The translations under genes and the position numbers were made by a program. Below are positions 18,801 to 24,873 of a DNA stretch of 39,970 nucleotides, piece after piece (within the stretch, counting starts at the first letter, position 1; every line of letters starts with the position of its first letter). This DNA comes from a virus (Duplodnaviria > Caudoviricetes), in the IMG/VR virus record IMGVR_UViG_3300011336_000389, positions 1-39,970 of that record. One strand, written 5' to 3'. The notes under the pieces are model-generated. The model ran no database searches. It saw only the letters and a program-made list of their open reading frames with translations, and was not told the origin of the DNA.

Positions 18801-21764
18801 AAAAGCGAACTTAGCCATTGGATCTGTGGCGATCTCTGGATGTACCAGCGACAACACGCGCAGCGCTTTGGTGACTTTTTCGTTGTACCAACCAACAGCG
18901 TTTTCGTTTGCCTTCAGCGCCTCGATGGCATCAGCCAAGGTGGTGCGTACCAGGTAACGCTCGACAGCAACCGTGAAATCGCTGAGATCTACTTTGGCTG
19001 CTTTTGCAGCAGCCAGCACACGCGCCTGGAGCGCAAGCTTGAACTCTCGATTTGTTGCGAATTGCTGTGTGCCTGCAAACTCAAAGCTTGCCGCGACATT
19101 GGATATCGCATCGATTTTTTCTGGAACTGCTCGGCCTGGTTGCTGAACTTTTCCGCGCTGGTTGAGGACATCTGTGCCAATTGCATACTTCACCTGGCTT
19201 TCATCAAACACACGATATTCCATGGCATCGCCGGATACGCCATTGCCAATATGGATCGCGCCGTCATACCCGTAACTCTTTGCGCTATCTACAAAATCAG
19301 GATCATCGAGCAGAACGTATGCGTCCATGTAAAGCTCAGACAATGCGTTTGGATTTTTGTCCAACAGCTCGGCTACAGATTCGTATTTGTCTGCAAAATT
19401 TTCTTCCCAGTTTCCCGTGTTTTCAATGTAGTCTGCAAATTTACGCGCAAATTTTTCTGCGGATAGCGGCCCCATTTTTTTGATCAGATCACTGAAGTCA
19501 ACAAATGGATCGTTTGGGTTGTTGATGATCGGGTTCTTGATGGAAAGGTATGCAGGCACGACACGCGCCGAGCCACCAATATCATTCCTATCGTTTGGTT
19601 CTTCTGCGTATATGCTTGCGACATTTGCGCTGTCGGTAAAGGTCAGCGATGGCAGTTTTGATCTGATCGCGCCGGTTTTGGTTTCGCCATGCTCACCACG
19701 AAACACTTTGATCGGAGCGCCATCTTTTGTTGATACTTGCGTTCCGCTTGCCCATGACTGAAATGAAGGCGTGTCTACCTTCAGATCGCCGGAGCTGGTG
19801 AACGTGTCTGCGGCATTCATCTGGCCAGCTTGCTGCTGTCCAACAATCCGGTAGCCATAGTCTTTGTAAAACTGGTCAGGGCTAATCTTGAGGCGGTTTG
19901 ACTGGGTCAGTACAAAGTCACGCACAAAGTCTGCGTACTGGCTTGATACGGTGTCAGAGTACGCGCCGGTGGCCTTGATCTGGTTGTACACATCCTTGCG
20001 AATGGCAGATACCTTTTCATTGATGGTCGCATCTTTGGCTTCCATCTCGGCCATGATTTGTTGAGCCTCTTTCAACATACCAGCCTGGTTCTTTTGGAAG
20101 TCGATTGCTTCCGCCACGCTCATGCCATCCTGGTTGACGCGCACATGATCCTTCAGCGCATCGCCTACCTTGGTGCCTGCAACCTTGGCCGCATACACGC
20201 CGGTAGGAATAACGACATCGCCGTCACCGGCAAATGCTTCCTTCATCTGAGCTTGCAGGCCGGTGCTGTCGGCAAACTGGTCTAGCGTTACGCCAGCCTG
20301 GTTCAGTACCGTGTTGAGCTGGCCAGCATTGATGTAGATGTTTTCGACTGGCGTGCCTTGCGTTTGAGCTGTGATGAATTGCTGGTACTTGTCTGGGCTG
20401 CGTTCTCTTAATTTGCTTTGGCCAGCGACAGTTGTCAGATCATTGATGAACTGAACATTTTTTTCTGCTGACTTTGCTTGTGATCTGACATCGATAAATT
20501 TAGCGCCGCCAGGAACGATGGCCAAGACAGCCATACCTTTGCCGACACTTTCAAACGTGTTAACCAACCGGTCGGCGATCTCTGCTCTGCCAGCCTCGGT
20601 TTTCATTTTCATCTCAAGTTCGCCTTGAGAAAAACCTCTTGCAAAGTCTTCGCCAATTACGCCGACAACCTCTTGCAATATCTCGGTGCCTGTTTCACCG
20701 GCCCAAGCTTTGCCATATGCCGTGCCGAAATTTCTCCAGGCTGCGGCCATAGTTGGCTTTGTTAAATTGGCAGCAAGTTTTTGCGACACCAGGTTCACAA
20801 CCTGGCGCTTTGCAAGATCTTCTATTGGCCCTGTTACAAATTTCAGACCGACAGCTTCAAGGCCAGCGTTGACAAGGCCAACACCAGCAGATGCATATTG
20901 CGCCGTGCCTTTATCAACTCCGGCCTCGATCATGTCCATGTAAGAATGACCGGCCTCAACAACGTATGCCTGCTGAACTGACTTGGCACGATAGCCAGCA
21001 AAGAAGCCGCCAACCATTGCAATTGGCACGGTGGCCAGCTCTTCTGGCATGGCTACTTGCGGCCCCATTTGACCTGCAACTGCTGTAAACGTACCAGCGG
21101 CCATACTGGTTGTAAGCCCAAATTGGAACGCCTCTGGCGCGTTGTCGGCCATTTGGCCAACCATGGTTGAAGCCTCGCCAAGCCAGCCAAGCTTGCCCTG
21201 CTTCCCGATGGCCATCTTGAGCCGGTTGTACTCAATGATGTCTGCTTCTGATGCCTGGCCGGATTGAGCGCGTTGGCCAATGACCCCCATCTTGTTGGTC
21301 ATGAAGCCGCGATCCCATCCCTTGCCGATGTCGCTTGGCGCGTTCTTCATGCCCTCAATAAACTGAGTTGTGCTTGATAGGTTTTGCAAATCATCTTGCG
21401 CCAGCTCTGCAAATGCAGGATCTCGCAACTGCTGTGCGGTAATTGGATCAACCATAGCGGCCATACGCTGGCGCTCTGCTTTTTGCCGCATCTGATTGAT
21501 CACATCTTCTGGGGCCTTCCCAATAAATTCTGCTGGCAATCCAAGCTCTTGAGAAGCTTTTTGTTTTGCCGCCGCATCGTTGGGGTTTACTTGCTGCGCC
21601 CTGGCCAGAATGCCTTCAACAGTTTTTCTGCTCTGTTCCGCATCTGCTGACCATGACTTTTCAAACGGGTTTCCGGTTGATGTGGTTATGTTGTTGCTTG
21701 GCGCATAAGAGCTGATGTCTTTTGTTTTTGTCCAAGCATTCTCAAAAGGATTTTGATCGGCCAT
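12828..21764 (-). CDS. Giant internal virion (ejection) protein with inserted polyvalent-protein domains
   Basis: 2978 aa; third large ORF after tail tubular B, the T7 gp16-equivalent position. Contains an ART-like segment (VFRG..TFTDS..YLSIKNP..GYDG..EYRVF), a GWY..GPKIG..TMDRW..QALLWY segment, AVHDAFGH and FLHETGH. Confidence 0.85.
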   Translation of the reverse strand: MADQNPFENAWTKTKDISSYAPSNNITTSTGNPFEKSWSADAEQSRKTVEGILARAQQVNPNDAAAKQKASQELGLPAEFIGKAPEDVINQMRQKAERQRMAAMVDPITAQQLRDPAFAELAQDDLQNLSSTTQFIEGMKNAPSDIGKGWDRGFMTNKMGVIGQRAQSGQASEADIIEYNRLKMAIGKQGKLGWLGEASTMVGQMADNAPEAFQFGLTTSMAAGTFTAVAGQMGPQVAMPEELATVPIAMVGGFFAGYRAKSVQQAYVVEAGHSYMDMIEAGVDKGTAQYASAGVGLVNAGLEAVGLKFVTGPIEDLAKRQVVNLVSQKLAANLTKPTMAAAWRNFGTAYGKAWAGETGTEILQEVVGVIGEDFARGFSQGELEMKMKTEAGRAEIADRLVNTFESVGKGMAVLAIVPGGAKFIDVRSQAKSAEKNVQFINDLTTVAGQSKLRERSPDKYQQFITAQTQGTPVENIYINAGQLNTVLNQAGVTLDQFADSTGLQAQMKEAFAGDGDVVIPTGVYAAKVAGTKVGDALKDHVRVNQDGMSVAEAIDFQKNQAGMLKEAQQIMAEMEAKDATINEKVSAIRKDVYNQIKATGAYSDTVSSQYADFVRDFVLTQSNRLKISPDQFYKDYGYRIVGQQQAGQMNAADTFTSSGDLKVDTPSFQSWASGTQVSTKDGAPIKVFRGEHGETKTGAIRSKLPSLTFTDSANVASIYAEEPNDRNDIGGSARVVPAYLSIKNPIINNPNDPFVDFSDLIKKMGPLSAEKFARKFADYIENTGNWEENFADKYESVAELLDKNPNALSELYMDAYVLLDDPDFVDSAKSYGYDGAIHIGNGVSGDAMEYRVFDESQVKYAIGTDVLNQRGKVQQPGRAVPEKIDAISNVAASFEFAGTQQFATNREFKLALQARVLAAAKAAKVDLSDFTVAVERYLVRTTLADAIEALKANENAVGWYNEKVTKALRVLSLVHPEIATDPMAKFAFTWALAATSNGLKVNANFQYAEGAYSYYKQNGVMPTDIQAGTAQIAINNAMQLFNDLVARDGIQAVEQFMTTMHTAKEVEAYTGFKVSGENATTMVYGAAAIGPKIGNGFFANLYGHFEQLTMDRWLMRTWGRWTGTLVESKPAQVKIKRDQLKALIKMMTPADKRAYEKILKVKLSVGKIDAVALAITKASMKPANRKLMNAIGVADADGHVALIELLGAPKKDQVRIGFGDEMRKAGNALTKYLDGQKEAPSGPPERARIRGVFQQALSLLQQERPNLTMSDLQALLWYPEKRLYDAAKTQDEDADTGYEDDAAPDYANAAVALAKDKGVASELITQTLKEVDNELTRSQLATGVAAVSTTGSGSGDRGLLLQAGNRSGSYSGGSLAPLEGSPVVSNATGPDPRLVSVAEQYAAANGIDLRRQSEYARIDPARAARIAQAYDEMMHDPQNPAVAEAYQNMMAQTMAQYEALIAAGYQFYFFDETNDPYAGNPWNAMRDLRANQRMGVYATEAGFGSDATAGAVDQNVADNPLLADTGLTWMFNGQPKRVLANDLFRAVHDAFGHGLEGAGFRADGEENAWQAHVRLFTGSAIGALTSETRGQNSWLNFGPYGEKNRLAKVADTIFADQKTGLMPEFTWTDGRVGNQELSPELQTPDTLRQQSEQASMDAAQQRGAGMLNQPARGGFDPTRLMTILNKDADYSTFLHETGHFFLTVYADIASQPNAPKEIVDDVAALLEWFGVDSIETWNKMSLDEQRKYHEQFAYSFELYLYEGKAPNTKMQKLFNTFSRWLKDVYLNIRDQLNEAYRRENGRDLPILTDEIRSVMDRMVASEEQISQAEGIRNMVPMFQTQQQSGMDDATWQAYQQMVEEAHNEAVIDLQKASVRQVKWLSNARSKAMKAFQAEANEERKRIKTEVSEEVANLPVYRAIQFLKTGKTTDQDGNEVQALEGFKLSIESVKALFPQSKNALNNVDVEKLGYGKYGMLAKEGLDAELVATMFEFESAERLVHALLDAKPMKDEIDARTDQRMMEENSDMVDATALQARVEEAVHNEARARFVAVELRFLAKATSPVRVMTAAAKQIAEQLLQDKQISMIKPHEYAQAEARAAKLSAQASRKGDMPEAQRQKQSQLVQNQLAKSAMEARQEISKALEFFNKLFKADKTISKTRNMDLVNAARSILAAYGIGKADVPPAEYIEKIRAYDPALYAELEPIIINASSGGKPFKELTLNEFRSIRDMIDALWHQAKRERMLMIDGKAVELEEVVGELNTRLEEIGVPSTMPGELEALSKSQRAARAFNTGKALLRRVEHWANATDGPKGPGAFTKYIWRPVRDAITEYRSQRNIFVRQYADLISKLNLPVKKIVATEFGYTFGSANGGIGKAELLGALLHTGNESNFRKLLLGRGWGSIDEATGALNTSRWDAFVQRMVDEGNITKADMDFVQAVWDLTEEMKPLAQKAHKDIFGYYFNEVKYTGIQTAFGAYKGGYVPAKIDPMMSGDAARNAKMEDLEGDFRQSMPTTGMGFTKGRVEYNKPLELDIRKMTTHIDSVLRFAYIQPVIKDVLKIVRDKSFQNNLDRIDPGAIEHMILPWLNRAARQQTSTEGMFKPVDKFWSGVRNRTGIAIMFANITNAMQQLTGWFPAMTQVKGTYLKSALWDYTKAPSKVADEVAELSPFMADRMNNQVFDLQETMNELLLNPSRYDKIQSWAGKHGYFLQQAFQNMVDVTTWTATYNQTLAELGADVKDAAAQKEAVARADATVRLTQDSLAAEDIAAFQVGSPFYKTLIQFGGYFNMLANLNASEYTKIFRDLGWRGNKGKLFMTYLLGFALPMLMADAIVRSLGGQWDDEDDDGYIDEFAEWFFMSQIRGATALVPFGTAAMVPFNALNDKPYDDRMSTSPSVSMLEASTVGVVQAAINVVNSEKNVTGKNVRDVLTLISLATGVPLMIVGKPVGYAVDVANDKINPTSGADYVRGLITGKASEDSKKK

Positions 21765-21767
21765 GGC

Positions 21768-24167
21768 TTATTTTTTCCTTGCTTCAGCAGCATTTTTTGG
21801 TTGGCCAAATTTGACCCATGTCTCGGCAATTTCTTGTTGAGTTGGGTTCCTGCCTGCATTGACAGGATCTTTTTTGTACGCCTCAACAATCAATGTTCTG
21901 ACATCGTTTGGAATAGATGTGAGCTTGATTACGCCACCGTCAGAGTTCTTGGCACCAGGCACAACAACATAAGCATCTTTCATCAGAGCCTTGTTTGAAT
22001 TGACTTCAAACATAGACACGGTTCTGTCAGTTCCCCACTCATCAATGCTTACTTGATCCATCATGATCCTGGTCATGATGCCATTTTTTTCTTCTCGGCT
22101 AAGTGTTCTCTTCAAACGCTTTTGCTCTTGATCGACTGTTTGCTCAAGCTGGCCCAGAAGGAATAACCTGGCATTTTTTTCTTCGGTGGTTTTTGGGTTT
22201 ACAAGCTTAGTCCAGTCACTGACGTTTTGACCTTTGATTTTTGGCTGTCTGCCTTGGCCAAGGTTCATGATCGTCATGTCGAAATCAGTCTGATCAATAG
22301 CCACCGCAAAGTTCTTTTCTTCGGCAGTCTGGCCGCTCTTGATCATAGTTTGATGACGCGAAACGTAGTTGAGATAGACTGATTCAGATAGCTGAGATCT
22401 GTATTTTTCAATCTTCCCTGGAGCCCATTCCTGGGAATTTCTTTCTAAGAAGATTTGAGTGTCTGCGTTTGTTCCTCGATCAGGGCCATTTTGTAGCGCA
22501 ATCTTGTCGTTTGGTTTTAACTGAGACCACATTGCCGCAGGAACTTTTGTCCATGCGCCAGGTGCTGACAATGCAATGTCTGAAGATGTCTTCAACACGT
22601 TCTGATAATTCTGTGTCCATGCCGCCTCATCTTGCGCGTGACGCTGGCTCACAATGGCAATCGCTGCATTGCGCTCGTTTATGTCAGGCACCGTGTTTCT
22701 GATGTGCGTGATCATTGATGCCAGGTTTGGCAATCCGGTATCTGCATCCAATTTAAGGCCAACGCTTGTGCCGCCTGTGCCTGACACGCCAACACGGTTG
22801 CCCCATGATGTTCTGTATTTTGCTTTTTCTTCTTCTGGAAGATTTTTGTAGAAGGAGCTGCTTAACAATGTGTTTTCATATCTTGCAAGTCGCGCCTGGT
22901 TGAAAGCTGCGACATCGTATGAGCCGTCTGCTTTTTTTGCTGACTTCAGCATATCGTTCATCGCACCGATGCCTTGGTTGACAGCAGCATCAAAAGCTGT
23001 CGCCCTGATTGCTGGCGGCAATTTGTCAATACCGGCACCGTCCCAGTATTTCTTCTTGTAGATCTCTATGGCCTGCTCTCTTGTCAGGTTCATCACTTCT
23101 ATGTCGGTAAGACCATTAGCCTGGCCATTGATGCCGTATTTTGTTGGGCCTTTCCCGCCATCATTGGCAACGTACTTTCCGCCGCCTTCAGTCAAAATAA
23201 GCTGGGCGATGTTTGATTCAAACGTGGCACCAACAGCAGGCACATTAACAGTCTTGCCGCCAACAGTAGTCTGTATTTGCGTTGCCGCAGCTTTGCCTTG
23301 AGATGTGAAGCTGCCGTACACAGCATCGGCCAATGCATTTGCGTTGTCCCTGGTAATTCCTTCTTTCAATGCATTTTTGAATGTGCCGTATTTTTCTGCG
23401 TTGATCTTTCCATCCTTGAAGGCTTTTTCCAAATACGCATCAGCAGCAGCGTGCTGCCCTGCTGTGGCAATGTTTACAACAACGCCGGATGTCAGAGCTG
23501 TGTTGACCTCAAGCATCATTTGCTGGCGCTGGTAACTGTCTGGAGCCCAGCCTTGCTTATCAGCATATTTGGTCACGGCCATAATCGCTGCGCCAGCAAA
23601 TTTTTGATATTCGTTGGGTGCTGTGTTTGGCAGTGATGGTAGCTGCGCTTCCGCCCAATGGGTGGAGGCTTGCTGGACGAATGTTCCAATTTCGGACTTT
23701 GCTTCGTTGTTTGAGTATTCACGCGACTGAGCAAGTGAATGCCTGGTCAACGTGCCAGCGACAGAAGTTGTAAGGGCATCAGCCTTTTGACTAAACCCCA
23801 TCTTGATTGTTTGATTGTCTGCGGCAGCAGCAAACTTTGACTGAATTTCTTGTATCGATGCAAGAGACTGGTCATACGATTGGCTGATGTTTCCGGTCTG
23901 CGACAAGAACGATGTCTGCACCTTGTCAACTTCGCGAGTGTATTGATTGAACAATTCTTTGGTACGCGCATCGTTGTACTCATCTTGGAGCTTTTCTTTG
24001 ATGGTCGCGATGGTGCTGTTGAGCTTCATCGATGCAGCGCCAGCTTCGGCTATCTGCTTGGGCGCGAAGTTTTCAAACGGCCTTACCTCTGGCCCAGCTT
24101 GTACGTTGCCTGGCCCTTGCGATGAAAGCGCTACTGATGGTGATGTTTGTACGGGTACGGTTGCCAT
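21768..24167 (-). CDS. Internal virion (ejection) protein with GH108 lysozyme-like domain
   Basis: 799 aa, mostly helical. TEGGGKYVANDGGKGPTKYGI..LTREQAIEIYKKKYWD..FDAAVNQG matches the GH108 pattern. Confidence 0.82.
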   Translation of the reverse strand: MATVPVQTSPSVALSSQGPGNVQAGPEVRPFENFAPKQIAEAGAASMKLNSTIATIKEKLQDEYNDARTKELFNQYTREVDKVQTSFLSQTGNISQSYDQSLASIQEIQSKFAAAADNQTIKMGFSQKADALTTSVAGTLTRHSLAQSREYSNNEAKSEIGTFVQQASTHWAEAQLPSLPNTAPNEYQKFAGAAIMAVTKYADKQGWAPDSYQRQQMMLEVNTALTSGVVVNIATAGQHAAADAYLEKAFKDGKINAEKYGTFKNALKEGITRDNANALADAVYGSFTSQGKAAATQIQTTVGGKTVNVPAVGATFESNIAQLILTEGGGKYVANDGGKGPTKYGINGQANGLTDIEVMNLTREQAIEIYKKKYWDGAGIDKLPPAIRATAFDAAVNQGIGAMNDMLKSAKKADGSYDVAAFNQARLARYENTLLSSSFYKNLPEEEKAKYRTSWGNRVGVSGTGGTSVGLKLDADTGLPNLASMITHIRNTVPDINERNAAIAIVSQRHAQDEAAWTQNYQNVLKTSSDIALSAPGAWTKVPAAMWSQLKPNDKIALQNGPDRGTNADTQIFLERNSQEWAPGKIEKYRSQLSESVYLNYVSRHQTMIKSGQTAEEKNFAVAIDQTDFDMTIMNLGQGRQPKIKGQNVSDWTKLVNPKTTEEKNARLFLLGQLEQTVDQEQKRLKRTLSREEKNGIMTRIMMDQVSIDEWGTDRTVSMFEVNSNKALMKDAYVVVPGAKNSDGGVIKLTSIPNDVRTLIVEAYKKDPVNAGRNPTQQEIAETWVKFGQPKNAAEARKK

Positions 24168-24169
24168 AT

Positions 24170-24808
24170 TTACTGCCCGTTCCTTGCGGCCAGAACAGCC
24201 GCCAATGAGTTTGAGTTGTACCAGCTATTCAATACCGATGTGGCACCGCCAATCAGTGATGTGCTGACTGCGCTAAATGGGCTGATACTTTCTGCGCTGT
24301 TAGATGCGCCTGTTGCGTTAACGCCAAGCAAGCTTGCTGCGTTTTGAAAGCCGACTTTTTCCATGCGCTTTGCTTCGACTGCTCGAACCGTGTTGCTGTC
24401 AATGGTGAGCTTGTCGATCTCCTTCATCATGATCGCTGTGGCTTCAAGTTCTGCGGTGCTGCCAGACCCTGCTTCAATGCCGGATGCGTTTCTGGAGACT
24501 TTGTATTTCTCGATAGCCTGGCCAGCCTGCATGGTGGCCGCAGCCGCTTGGAACGCACCGGCACGGGCTATCTGCCATGCCTGTTGCTCGGCCACGCCTG
24601 CGTTGATCCTGGACATTTTTGCCTGGTAGTCATAGGTCTCGCTCTGCATTTTGAGCTGGAGCTGCGCCTGCTGCGCCCCATAATAGGCACCCAGGGCAGA
24701 CGTAAGGCCACCGAATATATTGCCGACCAGTGCGGTCTGACCCACCGTCTTCAGATCAGCGCCGAGGAAGGTTGGGGTTTGTATCGCTGATGTAGGAACT
24801 GCGGTCAT
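24170..24808 (-). CDS. Small internal virion (ejection) protein, T7 gp14-like position
   Basis: Ala/Gly/Gln-rich with ASGIEAGSGS. ATG 24808 chosen over TTG 24817 because of the spacing from GGAGG. Confidence 0.75.
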   Translation of the reverse strand: MTAVPTSAIQTPTFLGADLKTVGQTALVGNIFGGLTSALGAYYGAQQAQLQLKMQSETYDYQAKMSRINAGVAEQQAWQIARAGAFQAAAATMQAGQAIEKYKVSRNASGIEAGSGSTAELEATAIMMKEIDKLTIDSNTVRAVEAKRMEKVGFQNAASLLGVNATGASNSAESISPFSAVSTSLIGGATSVLNSWYNSNSLAAVLAARNGQ

Positions 24809-24840
24809 GTTGAGCAAACCTCCACAAATCTAATGTTGAC

Positions 24841-24872
24841 AGAATAGCCTGTCTTTTTTTGTTACGGGTACC
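24841..24872 (-). promoter_or_regulatory. Putative late promoter, copy 3 (before ejection protein genes)
   Basis: GGTACCCGTAAC (24872-24861), 14 nt, TATTCT (24846-24841); intergenic. Confidence 0.7.
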
Positions 24873-24873
24873 C

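Noticed and set aside
24148-24159. Partial late-box match (CGTACCCGTACA on the minus strand)
   Set aside because: It lies inside the first codons of the 799-aa gene (TVPVQ), has mismatches, and has no TAnnnT at the 14-15 nt spacing.
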